From positions 23,173-87,172 of IMG/VR virus record IMGVR_UViG_3300017605_000087: a DNA stretch of 64,000 nucleotides; one strand, written 5' to 3'. Both the position numbers and the translations under genes were made by a program. This DNA comes from a virus. Under the pieces are notes generated by a model, which was given only the letters and a program-made list of their open reading frames with translations, was not told the DNA's origin and did no database searches. Positions 30,216 through 40,581 of this stretch are shown piece by piece (the first letter of the stretch is position 1; every line of letters begins with the position of its first letter).

Positions 30216-31553
30216 CTATTTTCCTACTGGTTTTGTTGCATCCCATACAAGTTCATCTAAAGAAGATGGTATATGGTTTGTTTTTTCTATTATTACTTCA
30301 TTGTTTTCTTTGGTTAAGTTTTCAGTAGATTTCATTTTAGTTAATGTTTGTACTTTAGCTACACCATTCAACGTTTGTAATACTGTTTTTAAATCTGTTT
30401 TTTTGAAACCATAGATATAATCCAAGAACAAGTTCATATCCTTATCTCGTTTCATTGCATCAAGAGCAGCTTGTGAGTGTCCTTTTCCATCCACATCAAC
30501 AGATATATATTTAAAGAACTCTTCTCTTTCAGTAACAGGTATTACCATATCACCTATTTTACCTTGTTCTTTTACTTGTTTTCCAATTCCATCCCAGTGT
30601 TCTTGGATTTGTTGTATTTGTTGATCTCTTTCAGTTTTAAGACGATTCATTTCATTTGTCTTATCCTGAGTTTGTTTAGCAGCTAACGCATCAACAGCAG
30701 CTTTAGCTTGTACATCTAATTGTTTTCCTTCTTTTGCGTATGTTGCTATTTGTTTCGCTTGTTCTTCAGGAATGCCATTATTAACATGGAAATTTACAAT
30801 TACATTAAACTTCTGATCTTCTGCTAATGCTTTAACATCAACTTTACTATAATCAATTTCCTGTTTGAAATATTTACTTGGGTCACCACCCATCATTCTA
30901 TACTTAGTATATTCTTCTACATCTGGCAATGCTTTGAATAAACTTTGAACTCCTATTTTCTGACTTTCTTTTACTACATCAGCTAGGTACTGATTTCTAC
31001 CTTCTTCGGTAGCTTCATAGACTTTTGGTTTTCCATCTTCTCCTAGTGGTTTAATCCCCACTACGTTTATCATATTATCTAAATAAGCTCTATTCTCATT
31101 TTCAATAGTTTCTATTTCTATCGCTTCTTTAGTTTTAATGATAGTTCCTTTATCATCTACTTGATTACCTTTGTCATCAAACTTAGGTTTATTTTTTTCT
31201 TCTTCTGCCTTAGCAGCATCTAAGTCTGCTTTAGATTTAACAACTTCTTTTTTATCATTTAGAAGATCACCTTTTTCATTAAATGATACTCCTCCAAATT
31301 TATCAGCTATTGCTTTATCTTCTGCACTTAGTTGTACACCTTCAGTTTTTTCTTCTACTTTCTTTTCTTCAGTTTTTACAACTGGTTCAGTTTTCTCGAT
31401 AGTTTTTTCTGTTCCATCAAGTTTTACTTCTTTGGCTTCTTCTAATTTGCCATTATTTCCAAACAAATCATTTTCAGTAATGATGGGAACCGTGTTCAAC
31501 ACGATAATACTACCGAATGGTTTAGAATCTTTGATTGGCATATTTTTGTCCAT
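30216..31553 (-). CDS. Scaffold-like protein upstream of MCP
   Basis: K/E-rich N-terminus, coiled-coil C-terminus; between portal and MCP. Confidence 0.6.
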   Translation of the reverse strand: MDKNMPIKDSKPFGSIIVLNTVPIITENDLFGNNGKLEEAKEVKLDGTEKTIEKTEPVVKTEEKKVEEKTEGVQLSAEDKAIADKFGGVSFNEKGDLLNDKKEVVKSKADLDAAKAEEEKNKPKFDDKGNQVDDKGTIIKTKEAIEIETIENENRAYLDNMINVVGIKPLGEDGKPKVYEATEEGRNQYLADVVKESQKIGVQSLFKALPDVEEYTKYRMMGGDPSKYFKQEIDYSKVDVKALAEDQKFNVIVNFHVNNGIPEEQAKQIATYAKEGKQLDVQAKAAVDALAAKQTQDKTNEMNRLKTERDQQIQQIQEHWDGIGKQVKEQGKIGDMVIPVTEREEFFKYISVDVDGKGHSQAALDAMKRDKDMNLFLDYIYGFKKTDLKTVLQTLNGVAKVQTLTKMKSTENLTKENNEVIIEKTNHIPSSLDELVWDATKPVGK

Positions 31554-31600
31554 ACGTCAAATGTATTTAATTGTTTATATATATCAAAATTAATAATTTA

Positions 31601-31608
31601 CAAATGTA
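31601..31608 (-). promoter_or_regulatory. Bacteroidota sigma-A -7 element (TACATTTG) upstream of scaffold/MCP
   Basis: Exact TAnnTTTG on the minus strand in the intergenic gap; no good -33 TTTG at 19-21 nt. Confidence 0.45.
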
Positions 31609-31656
31609 AACAATAATCAATAACATATACGCTTTTTTTGAAAAAAAATTTACACA

Positions 31657-34047
31657 TTATTGACTTTTATTTTCTTTTGCTACTTTCTCTTTACTTTGTC
31701 TATCCTTTTCTTTATCATTCATCTTATCATTATGAATAATCATCTTGTTATTCTCTTGCATCAACTTATTACTACTATCAGTAAAGCTACTTATATTATT
31801 CATAGTTGCATCAGTAATAGCATTTATGTCAACCAATTCTTCTGGAGTAAAATCTGTATTCTCCATTCCTTCCGCTTTAATTGCTGCAACTTTAACAGCA
31901 GTAATGTTTTTCTTATCAGCTATTCTTTCAGTTCTATCTCCTTCTTCTTTAGTTGCTGCGAGAGTAGCTTGATTAATTCTTTCATTACTATCTGTGATTT
32001 GTTTTTGTTTAGCCATTTCATATTCTCTTAGAATAGCAGTATATTTTCTAAATGCTGCTTTCAAACTAGCTACATTTTTAGCTTCTGCTACTTCTGCTAA
32101 CATTTCAGGGTCACGGTCATTTTGTGCCATACTGAATCCCCATTGTTTCAGAATATTTAAACTTTCTGCTTCAGTAGATGTATCCCTAACAAATATTCCA
32201 TATTCAGTTGCAGCATGTTCCATTCCATCAATATCAACTTCATATATCTTACCAGTAGGATTTACAAATGCTCCTCTCTTACCATCTATCCAAGCTACCT
32301 TGCTATAATCAATTAATCCATTTAGTTCTGATTCTATAAACTCATCGAATAATCTAAACAACTCTCTACTTGTTGTGAATGACCTTACAATAGCTTCTTG
32401 TGTAGTTCCTTTACCAGCACTTTGAGTTACCTCTCCCATACGTTGTGGATTGAATCCAATAGAAGAATAAAACTCTTGTTTCAATCTTTCTATTAATTCA
32501 TGTAACTGAATTATATGAGAAGCTAAACTCATGTCTACATCTTTTAATGCTTGAATAGCAGCAGCAAAGTTAGGATTAGTTTCATCTATAAATAAATATC
32601 CTAGAGCATCTCCATAATACATAAATTTATCTTCATCCCATCCTTCTTCACTAGGTATTAAACCTTTAGGAATAAGAAGTAATTTGCCTTTATTTTTGTT
32701 TACTTCTTTTTCTAACTGGTATCTCAATATATTAATTAAAACCTGCCATTGTATTCCCCTTGTTCCCCAACTATAAGTTCTTCCATCATTAGTTAATTTA
32801 ACTAATCCATTATAAGGAAGTTTACAAATAGATTTATTATCTATTTCATTTCTTTGTATTGCAACTGGTCTTCCTCTTAAATGTATATGATGTCCTTGAC
32901 TTAAATCAATTCTAGTTCCTTCCCATACTTGGTCTATCCAATATTTCTCCATCGAAATATCTCCAGCTTCTTTATTTAGAACATAAGTTTCATCCACACA
33001 TTTTTTATCTACTTTACCAGTTATAGGATTATTAAATGTAACTTCATAATAACATCTTAAACTTTTCCATGTTCCATGATATACATTAAACCTATCACCA
33101 CTATGTTCATTCCAATTAAACTTAGCTATCTTCTCACCTAAGTTGACGGAAGATTCAATCCAGTTAGGATTAACACTTCCTGTGCCAAACCCTCCCTTCA
33201 ATGAATCCTCCATTAATTTTATAGGGTCATATTTATCTGTGGTAATAGCGGCTAAATCCCTATAATATAAGTCAACAATTTCAGGTATAGTTAACCTTCT
33301 AAGTCTTATTGCAGCATACCCATCTTCTAATAAGTTACTACCTTTCGCCATAAAAGGATAAATTTCATGTACTGGTACTTCATCATATATAATGTTTTCT
33401 CCATCTACATCTTTATATGAAAAGCATTGATTTACTTTTAAGAAAGCATCAAACATCTGCTGATGTTTACTTCTTAATCTATTCTCTGCTTTAATTGTTT
33501 CTATCTTCTCTTGTCCATCAATTGCTTTCTTTTCACTTAATGTAGCATAGAATAACTTATCTTTCTTTTTATAATCTTCTATCTTCTCCTGACCCATCTT
33601 AGTATCCATCCCAAGTTTATTAAGATTATTAATGAAGTCTTGTTCAAGTAAACCATCCATTTCTTTATTATGTACATCTATCATTCCACTCTCTACTTGC
33701 TTATTCATACATACTACTTGTGTAGTATCTGGTTCATTAGACTTCTCTCCTAATGCTGTTTCAAATATAATACTTAATATATCATAATTTCTCAGCCTTG
33801 ATGGAAACTTCAATAGTTCCTTCTTTCCTTTTACCGAGTATGGATTTAAAACGTATGAATATCCAGATTCATCAATTAATCCTTCACAAGCCTTTAGAAG
33901 CATAAGTAGTTCTTGTTTACTACCTACATTTCCATCTAATACTTGGTCAGCATAATAATCAATACAATCCATCCACCACGTTCTTCCATCTGCTCGTTTC
34001 TGCATTTTCTCCTGGTAAGATACTTTTTGCTTAGGAAACTCTCTCAT
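31657..34047 (-). CDS. Portal protein
   Basis: 796 aa between TerL and scaffold; FPKQKVS, RLRNYDI, WEGTRI, CKLPYNG and GFNPQRMG motifs. Confidence 0.9.
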   Translation of the reverse strand: MREFPKQKVSYQEKMQKRADGRTWWMDCIDYYADQVLDGNVGSKQELLMLLKACEGLIDESGYSYVLNPYSVKGKKELLKFPSRLRNYDILSIIFETALGEKSNEPDTTQVVCMNKQVESGMIDVHNKEMDGLLEQDFINNLNKLGMDTKMGQEKIEDYKKKDKLFYATLSEKKAIDGQEKIETIKAENRLRSKHQQMFDAFLKVNQCFSYKDVDGENIIYDEVPVHEIYPFMAKGSNLLEDGYAAIRLRRLTIPEIVDLYYRDLAAITTDKYDPIKLMEDSLKGGFGTGSVNPNWIESSVNLGEKIAKFNWNEHSGDRFNVYHGTWKSLRCYYEVTFNNPITGKVDKKCVDETYVLNKEAGDISMEKYWIDQVWEGTRIDLSQGHHIHLRGRPVAIQRNEIDNKSICKLPYNGLVKLTNDGRTYSWGTRGIQWQVLINILRYQLEKEVNKNKGKLLLIPKGLIPSEEGWDEDKFMYYGDALGYLFIDETNPNFAAAIQALKDVDMSLASHIIQLHELIERLKQEFYSSIGFNPQRMGEVTQSAGKGTTQEAIVRSFTTSRELFRLFDEFIESELNGLIDYSKVAWIDGKRGAFVNPTGKIYEVDIDGMEHAATEYGIFVRDTSTEAESLNILKQWGFSMAQNDRDPEMLAEVAEAKNVASLKAAFRKYTAILREYEMAKQKQITDSNERINQATLAATKEEGDRTERIADKKNITAVKVAAIKAEGMENTDFTPEELVDINAITDATMNNISSFTDSSNKLMQENNKMIIHNDKMNDKEKDRQSKEKVAKENKSQ

Positions 34048-34069
34048 TTTATTTGTATATTAGTTGAAG

Positions 34070-36232
34070 TTATTTATATAATCCTCTATTAAAGAAACTA
34101 TCATTATTAGTAGAAACTGTTTGAACTCTTACTGGTATTCCTCTTTCCTCTTCTATATCAAACATACCTACTAACATACATGAGATAGCATCTAAGTTTT
34201 TCTTAATTGAATATTTCTGTATTTGGTCTAATAAATAGCCACAATATATTCTATGGTAGTTATACATTACCTTTCCAGTTGTATCACTCTTTGTAATCTC
34301 TTTCTCTAAAAACTCTTTAAATAATGGTAGTGCTGCATCTTTTCTATCTTCGTTCATTGATATACCAAACTCTCTACCATACTTCTTTGCTAAGTTCTTA
34401 TCCCAGTTAATATTTGGTTCTTTCTTTAATAAATGTAAAGCACCCATAGCTTTAGCATTATTTTTCACATTTCCTCTATCATTCTCAAACAATACTTTAG
34501 CATTAAAATAAGCTAATAATCTAAACATGTTTCTGTCATACTCTTCCATAGTAGCAGGTCTTCCTATATACCATCCTACTATTATTCCTCCTCTACTAGG
34601 TGTAAATACATTTGGTTTCTCATATATAAATGTTACTCCCAAACTATTCTTTATAGTTAAGTTTTTCTTATCCTTATCTATACCAAATGGGTCATTCCAT
34701 GCTGTATATAAATTATCAGGTATTCTACCATTAGCATCTCTATATGGTTCTTGTATTAATGTAATACACCCAGTTAAATCTTTTACATTTCCTTTTATTG
34801 GATATTCCTTAATTGGTGTACATCTTTTGTCTTCTTCAAATACTAATGTTTGTCTTCCACTAACTTCTCTCTCCCTTATCCATCCATTCTTTAATCTAGC
34901 TTTAATAGCATAATCATGTTCAAGTCTTAACTGTTGATCGCTTACATCAGGAAAGTATCCACTACTAGATTCAGCAAATACTTCTTTAGGTTTCATAGCC
35001 CTTTCAGACTTCCAACCCATATAATCATTAATACTCTTGCTTACTCCCTTTTGATATTCATCTTCTATCCTAGCATATTCCAATGACATTTCTTTCATTG
35101 TATTACCATCCTTATCTATGAATGGTTCTAAGTTCTTCCAATATGGAAAGAAGTTTCCACTACCACTAAACTCATCTATTGTTTCATCTTCCCATTGATC
35201 TTTAAATGCTAAACATTTCCACTCATTAGGATTATAGAATATTTCCATAAATGGTTCCCAATTTGTATCCTTATCAGGATTACCACCAGTTCCCCATAAT
35301 ACCATTTGTCCGGTTATGAAAGCTCCACTTTCCAAGGTAGGTAACATTGCTTTTATAACTTGTTTTAAATTAGGGAATGATTGACACTCTTCAAACTTTA
35401 GTTTCTTTCCATCAACTCCCCTTCCTGGTTCTGCTGTATCTTTAAATGTTACAGGTCTTAGAATACTTTGGAATCCATCTTCTACATTAGTTCCTTGTGG
35501 AGTAAATCCTAATTTAACTTCCTCCTCTATATTCCATTTTAAATAACCTCTATTAAAGTCTGTATGTTTCTCGAAATGGTCTAAATATCCTTTAGCCATA
35601 TTCATAATCCTTCTACCTCCTACAAGATAATCCATTTGATAAGCACCTGCAACACATGTTACAAAAGGATTCATATTAACTTCTAATGCTAAATCAAATC
35701 CTTCAAAGTAACTAAATCCTTTACGTCTTGCTTTAGTTCCTATTAAATGTAATCCTATACTCTTTGCATATCTCTTTGCTGTTTCTAATTGATAGTGTCC
35801 ATCCCAAAAGTCTGGGAACCCCATAAATTTATCAGCAGCTTTTAATTCACTATTTGTTACCTTTAATATATCCTTTAAATCTTTTAAGTCGTCATATACA
35901 TTCTTTACTCTTTGAATTAAAGCATAATTCATAAAGCCATAATGTGACCCTGATATATGTACTTCTTTTATCTTTCCATTAACTAATTGTCCGGGTAATG
36001 TTACTCCATGTAATAGTTTCCTTTCTTCTTCATCCCAAAATTCTTTAAAATCTAAACTATCAGGTGGTGCTTTAGTATATACTCCATGTTTCATAAAGTA
36101 TTTACCAACCCTTGTTAATTCAGATGTATTCATAAATGATACATCTTCTGGTACATATAGTCCAGTTCCTCTATTAGGAAGTAATAGCTTTTGATTGTAT
36201 CTATCTACTATTTCATCTACTACTTCTTCCAT
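34070..36232 (-). CDS. terL: Terminase large subunit
   Basis: KARRKGFS Walker A, FEE Walker B, WGTGG coupling motif, nuclease WNDP...ENDRG...NLDAI. Confidence 0.93.
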   Translation of the reverse strand: MEEVVDEIVDRYNQKLLLPNRGTGLYVPEDVSFMNTSELTRVGKYFMKHGVYTKAPPDSLDFKEFWDEEERKLLHGVTLPGQLVNGKIKEVHISGSHYGFMNYALIQRVKNVYDDLKDLKDILKVTNSELKAADKFMGFPDFWDGHYQLETAKRYAKSIGLHLIGTKARRKGFSYFEGFDLALEVNMNPFVTCVAGAYQMDYLVGGRRIMNMAKGYLDHFEKHTDFNRGYLKWNIEEEVKLGFTPQGTNVEDGFQSILRPVTFKDTAEPGRGVDGKKLKFEECQSFPNLKQVIKAMLPTLESGAFITGQMVLWGTGGNPDKDTNWEPFMEIFYNPNEWKCLAFKDQWEDETIDEFSGSGNFFPYWKNLEPFIDKDGNTMKEMSLEYARIEDEYQKGVSKSINDYMGWKSERAMKPKEVFAESSSGYFPDVSDQQLRLEHDYAIKARLKNGWIREREVSGRQTLVFEEDKRCTPIKEYPIKGNVKDLTGCITLIQEPYRDANGRIPDNLYTAWNDPFGIDKDKKNLTIKNSLGVTFIYEKPNVFTPSRGGIIVGWYIGRPATMEEYDRNMFRLLAYFNAKVLFENDRGNVKNNAKAMGALHLLKKEPNINWDKNLAKKYGREFGISMNEDRKDAALPLFKEFLEKEITKSDTTGKVMYNYHRIYCGYLLDQIQKYSIKKNLDAISCMLVGMFDIEEERGIPVRVQTVSTNNDSFFNRGLYK

Positions 36233-36894
36233 TATCCATGATTTCTTTTAGGAGTTGCTCTATTGCCTATTGGTTTCTTACCTTTACTATACATTACTTT
36301 TCTTATTTTAGTAACCACCTCTTTCTCATACTCCTCAATATTTTTAATAGCAGCAGGTACAGACTTGCTTAAATCCATTAAGTCTTTCATTGCGTTTACT
36401 GCTAATTCCAAATCTTTTATCTCTGGTTTCTGTCCATTCTCTTTAGCTTTCATTACTGCTTGAATGTTCTCATTACAGAAATCTATAATTAAGGTGCTAG
36501 AATATAACCCCTGTTTTAATCCTTTAATAATACGTACATCATCACTACAAGCATAATATTCATTATATGCTCTACGTGCATCTTTAATTTCCTTATCCTC
36601 TTTCCAATCTTCTATACTTTCATTCTTTCTTTTTAACCAATATGGTATATCTGTTTTAGCTAATGCTAAGTATCTTCTCTCCATTTCAGGTTCAGATATA
36701 TAAGGACTTCTAAAATCTTCCATAAACCATACATACTTAAACGCCTCCTCATTCCATAACTTTTTCTTTCCCTCACTATCCTTATTTACATTGTATCTTA
36801 TATGCCATAATGCTTTAAACTCTGGAATGAGTTTAACTTCTTGTATATCGAATACAAGATCACCATCGTCATTTACATCCCAGAGTTTATACAT
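36232..36894 (-). CDS. Conserved protein upstream of TerL (small terminase candidate)
   Basis: 220 aa; YVWFMEDFRSPY motif; stop/start overlap with terL. Confidence 0.5.
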   Translation of the reverse strand: MYKLWDVNDDGDLVFDIQEVKLIPEFKALWHIRYNVNKDSEGKKKLWNEEAFKYVWFMEDFRSPYISEPEMERRYLALAKTDIPYWLKRKNESIEDWKEDKEIKDARRAYNEYYACSDDVRIIKGLKQGLYSSTLIIDFCNENIQAVMKAKENGQKPEIKDLELAVNAMKDLMDLSKSVPAAIKNIEEYEKEVVTKIRKVMYSKGKKPIGNRATPKRNHG

Positions 36895-36901
36895 CTTCTT
36901 C

Positions 36902-37570
36902 CTATTTATCTAATGTTGGTCTAACTTCAGTAACAATATATTGTAAAGCACAATATTTAGATGTTCCTTTTAACATACCATCTACTAGTCTGAATCTTTG
37001 TCCTGGGTCAGTTCCTTTATTAAGGAAACTAGTTCCTGGGTCATAGAATCTATATGATACTTTCCCTTCATGGTCATACATTCTATCTACAATTACAACG
37101 AAGTGGCTTGTAGCTCTATTAGCATTACCAACACTTTCTTTCTTACGATTTACTCCAATCAATACTGGTTTCTTTTCATCTAACATTTTATCAAGTAATG
37201 CTAATCCTTCTTCAAGTCTTTTATCTGGAACTACATTTAATTTATCATCAAACTCTCCAGTTTCAATTCTCTTATCAGCATTAACAGTTTTGAATCCCGC
37301 ATCAGTAATCATAAGTTTACTTGCAGCACAACAAGCTATTTGCTCATCATGTTGATCGTGGTCGCCATCTCCATCTATATCTCCAACACGTTTACTGAAC
37401 TGTGTTTGAAATTTAACAATAGATGATAGGTCAACATTTTTAGATGGTACATTTACATGTTCCTTCACTCCTTCTTTTTTAACTGCTTGTTTCTTTGTTG
37501 TAGCTTTAATTTGTTCTTTCTTCTGATTTAGTTCATTCTCTGCTGAACCATCAGTTGTTTGCTTTGCCAT
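36902..37570 (-). CDS. Papain-fold C39-like cysteine peptidase with Ca-binding-like loop
   Basis: ACCAAS (Cys), KPVLIGV, HFVVIV (His), FYDPG (Asp); DIDGDGDHD. Confidence 0.65.
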   Translation of the reverse strand: MAKQTTDGSAENELNQKKEQIKATTKKQAVKKEGVKEHVNVPSKNVDLSSIVKFQTQFSKRVGDIDGDGDHDQHDEQIACCAASKLMITDAGFKTVNADKRIETGEFDDKLNVVPDKRLEEGLALLDKMLDEKKPVLIGVNRKKESVGNANRATSHFVVIVDRMYDHEGKVSYRFYDPGTSFLNKGTDPGQRFRLVDGMLKGTSKYCALQYIVTEVRPTLDK

Positions 37571-37581
37571 ATTATTGAGTT

Positions 37582-38571
37582 TTAAATTACTATTTCATTC
37601 TGTAATCTTTGTTTCTCTTCTTTCTTTAATCCTAAAAAGTTTATTACAGCTTTAGCTTCATTCTTTAAATAAGGCATTTTGTGCCATGTTATATCATCTG
37701 CAATTATTATTCCAGTATCAGTTTTATTTCCTCTTATATGACATAATTGCAATCCATCTACTTCTAACTTCATTCCCCACATCTCACATATATAAGCATA
37801 TATACTTAATTGTAAAGCATACTTATTTCCTATACTATTATCTAAATGACAAAGTGGGTATAGCATCTTTTCTCTTGTGCTTACCCACTCAGTCGTTATT
37901 ATACTACTTCCATCAGGCATTGTTTGTTTCTTATAATACCCTGCCTCAAATCTAAATGGACTCTTATTAGTCTTCCAATCTTTTATCCTAAATGTTCCAT
38001 ACTTAGATACTATAAGATTGTCTATCATTCCAGCTAAGAACGGCCAATTCAAATATACTATCTTCTCAGTATGTATTGTATATCCCGCATCTATATCTTC
38101 TTTCACTCTTTCAAAGACTTCAGGAAACTGTTTCTTAATCCTTCTATATGCTCTTATATCTTCTCCTTCTATTTCAGCTTTATCTCCCTGTATTAATTTT
38201 ACTGTCGCATTAGTACCATCCTCTATTTGCTTATGTATCTCAGTTCCCTTAACACATGCAATTTCCTTTAAGTGTTCCCACTCTCCTTTTATATGAGAAG
38301 TAGATACACTTAAAGGTATATTAAATGACTGCGATAATAAATCTTTGATAGTTACTTTGATGTTATCTATATAGATACTTTCCCAAGCTACTGTATCAGG
38401 TCTTACTTTATACCCGCTACGTTTTAATGCTCCATATAGTAACCAGTATTCTTCTCTGAATTTCGGAGTAACCAATCCGATAGTTGTGGTAACAGATATG
38501 TACCTATTACCTAGTTCATCACTATAAATATGTTCTGGTTCTTTTAGAACCACATTTCTCTTTACGAGCAT
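37582..38571 (-). CDS. PD-(D/E)xK nuclease
   Basis: SVTT, GTEIH, LAGMID, IKDWKT and YALQLSIY motifs. Confidence 0.85.
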   Translation of the reverse strand: MLVKRNVVLKEPEHIYSDELGNRYISVTTTIGLVTPKFREEYWLLYGALKRSGYKVRPDTVAWESIYIDNIKVTIKDLLSQSFNIPLSVSTSHIKGEWEHLKEIACVKGTEIHKQIEDGTNATVKLIQGDKAEIEGEDIRAYRRIKKQFPEVFERVKEDIDAGYTIHTEKIVYLNWPFLAGMIDNLIVSKYGTFRIKDWKTNKSPFRFEAGYYKKQTMPDGSSIITTEWVSTREKMLYPLCHLDNSIGNKYALQLSIYAYICEMWGMKLEVDGLQLCHIRGNKTDTGIIIADDITWHKMPYLKNEAKAVINFLGLKKEEKQRLQNEIVI

Positions 38572-38590
38572 AAGGTATTGAATCCAATAC

Positions 38591-38908
38591 CTATGTTCCT
38601 GTTCTAAGAACCGTTAAGTTCCCTAGTTTCATAGATATTGGATTTATATTTAGAGCTTCTACTTTTCTACGTTCAATAGTATTAGCCATCCTTACTTTGG
38701 TTGGTTTTTTTTTAAACTCTTTTGTAACCACTTTACCAATGTAAGGAAACTTCATTCCTTCTCCTTTTGCTAAAGATTCATAACCAGTTTCAAATTGGCA
38801 ATCAATAGCTAAAGCAATCTGTTCTAATGATAGTTCATATCCGAACTCCTGACGGAACTCTTCTTGAATATCAAGTAACATTTTGTTTATATGTTGATTC
38901 TTTTCCAT
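38591..38908 (-). CDS. IHF/HU-like small DNA-binding protein
   Basis: IDCQF...GMKFPYIGK motif; ATG at 38908 just downstream of a strong promoter. Confidence 0.55.
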   Translation of the reverse strand: MEKNQHINKMLLDIQEEFRQEFGYELSLEQIALAIDCQFETGYESLAKGEGMKFPYIGKVVTKEFKKKPTKVRMANTIERRKVEALNINPISMKLGNLTVLRTGT

Positions 38909-38939
38909 TATTACTGATTCTTTATATAAAAGATTAACG

Positions 38940-38971
38940 CAAATGTAAGTTACTTGTTTCACTTATCCAAA
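38940..38971 (-). promoter_or_regulatory. Host sigma-A promoter at the head of the late operon
   Basis: TTTG-N20-TACATTTG on the minus strand, matching the Bacteroidota -33/-7 consensus. Confidence 0.75.
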
Positions 38972-39079
38972 TGTTTTTGGACATTTCTTTCAAATTTAAC
39001 ATTTATCTACTCATATTTATAAAGATACATAGATTTAATATAGGGTTGCATCATCTAGGTTATTTAGTTTTGATTGGAC

Positions 39080-39345
39080 TACATATTAATATGTATGTTT
39101 TGATTTTCAAAAATTAAAATAATTTTTTGAATGTTTTGGGTAGAAGCGTACCCCACCCTAATATACACCCCGCCAACTCAAAACGGGATACAAGTACCCC
39201 GTATCCTTGATTCACTCCCAACTTAGTTCTGAGGAGTATTTGGGATTTATACATATAATAAGGTATAATTCCATCGAGAATACTCTTTCCGAGTAAAGTA
39301 AGACATCGAGAAGGTCTTGCACATGGTATCATAACATGTTATGAA
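39080..39345. other. Palindrome/hairpin cluster at the transcription divergence point (terminus/packaging or early promoter candidate)
   Basis: Perfect palindromes TACATATTAATATGTA (39080-39095) and TCATAACATGTTATGA (39329-39344); stems GGGTA/TACCC, GGATAC/GTATCC, TACTC/GAGTA, GTAAGAC/GTCTTGC; locally C-rich. Confidence 0.5.
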
Positions 39346-39376
39346 GTATGACAATTCAAATGTAAATTAGATCGTT

Positions 39377-39976
39377 ATGGAAGATCAAAAAGATGTGCAA
39401 ACTATGGTTGCACCACAAGGAGATGCAAATGGAGTATTTACTCCTCAATTGAAAGCTACTGCAAAAGCTAAAGTATCAACTCTGAAATCAGCTAAAGGTA
39501 ACACCATTGTTATCTTGAAGAATGAGTTCAAACATGAGTTGTTGCAAAAGGGCACTGAAGTGCTGCAAGTAATTGGAAGTGATTTCAAACAATTACTACG
39601 TGATGCTAAAATCACATTCTTTGGATTACGTGCTGCTTGTGAAGCAGGTGAAGTAACCATGGAAATTGGAATCAAATGCACCATCAAAGGTAAACCATAC
39701 TATAAGTATGATGGTGAGTCTACGTATATCGCAGGTGAGAACGTAGAAGGAGAAGATGGTATGGAATTGCACAGAGCATCAGTGATTAAGTTCATTGTAA
39801 GTGCAAAAGGCCGTCAAATTGCAAATGCTGAGGATAAACTCGTAGAAGCTAGAAATAACTTTGAAAGACGTAATCCAAAAGCTGCTGCTGCATTCCTTTA
39901 TGGATCATTAGGAACAGTTAATGCTGCTCCTGCAAATGATGGAGATGATAAAGGATTGGATGAAGAGCCAATATAG
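39377..39976 (+). CDS. First early gene; possible ssDNA-binding protein
   Basis: 199 aa, beta-rich, acidic tail DDKGLDEEPI; followed by a hairpin. Confidence 0.45.
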   Translation: MEDQKDVQTMVAPQGDANGVFTPQLKATAKAKVSTLKSAKGNTIVILKNEFKHELLQKGTEVLQVIGSDFKQLLRDAKITFFGLRAACEAGEVTMEIGIKCTIKGKPYYKYDGESTYIAGENVEGEDGMELHRASVIKFIVSAKGRQIANAEDKLVEARNNFERRNPKAAAAFLYGSLGTVNAAPANDGDDKGLDEEPI

Positions 39977-39989
39977 TAAAACATGTGAT

Positions 39990-40015
39990 ACAGGTGGTGA
40001 GTAATCATCACCTGT
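39990..40015 (+). terminator. Stem-loop after first early gene
   Basis: ACAGGTGGTGA-GTAA-TCATCACCTGT then TATTAT. Confidence 0.6.
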
Positions 40016-40053
40016 TATTATATCCAAAGTTGTAACCAATTAATACCATATAT

Positions 40054-40155
40054 ATGTTTGCACTAATGAGTGAAGCAGGAATGTCCATATTAGGATTTAT
40101 CTGCATTATCGCAGCAGCTATTGTTGTATCATACAGCATAGCACATTCAAGGTAA
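40054..40155 (+). CDS. Small membrane peptide (33 aa)
   Basis: MFALMSEAGMSILGFICIIAAAIVVSYSIAHSR; preceded by the conserved leader. Confidence 0.55.
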   Translation: MFALMSEAGMSILGFICIIAAAIVVSYSIAHSR

Positions 40156-40262
40156 TCACACATAACAGGAAATAGCTAACGCTATTTCTTTTAGCGGCAA
40201 ACAAACATTAGTACCAATATGTAGCACAACAAATAGTACAATAGATAAGCGAAAAATTAGCC

Positions 40263-40442
40263 ATGATTACAAAGCTCATATATTGCAAAAGATGTACATT
40301 CCCAACAAGACAGGTAATGTATAATGAAGATACACATGAATATAAATGTGTATGTGGAGAAATCAACAAAGACACCTCAATTAATGAGGAAGACAAACAA
40401 ACATCAGATGATGACAAAAATGATAAGGAAAAAGGTGAATAA
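40263..40442 (+). CDS. Small zinc-ribbon protein (59 aa)
   Basis: CKRC...CVCG then acidic tail. Confidence 0.5.
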   Translation: MITKLIYCKRCTFPTRQVMYNEDTHEYKCVCGEINKDTSINEEDKQTSDDDKNDKEKGE

Positions 40443-40462
40443 CAAAAGCCGATTTCCTTTCA

Positions 40463-40515
40463 TTTTTACGTGATTTACGTAAATTTGGTAGGTGTTTTTA
40501 CGTGTTTTACGTAAA
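40463..40515. repeat. Iteron-like 21 bp direct repeat, 2 copies
   Basis: TTTTTACGTGATTTACGTAAA (40463) and TTTTTACGTGTTTTACGTAAA (40495), period 32 bp; each ends in the palindrome TTTACGTAAA. Confidence 0.7.
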
Positions 40516-40581
40516 CCTAGTATTGATAATCAATCACTTACAAGGTTTTAGTGGACATATATATAATAGCGTTATTTTGTT

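Noticed and set aside
34070-36232. Inteins or introns in TerL, PolA or MCP
   Set aside because: Lengths look normal, frames are continuous, no intein or homing-endonuclease motifs seen
991-38296. Many short plus-strand ORFs in the track across the late operon (e.g. 991-1311, 3145-3663, 31171-31593)
   Set aside because: Antisense shadows of long minus-strand genes, Ser/Leu/Phe-rich with no motifs
39114-39332. 72 aa minus-strand ORF in the divergence region
   Set aside because: No motifs; lies over the hairpin cluster, which is better explained as non-coding
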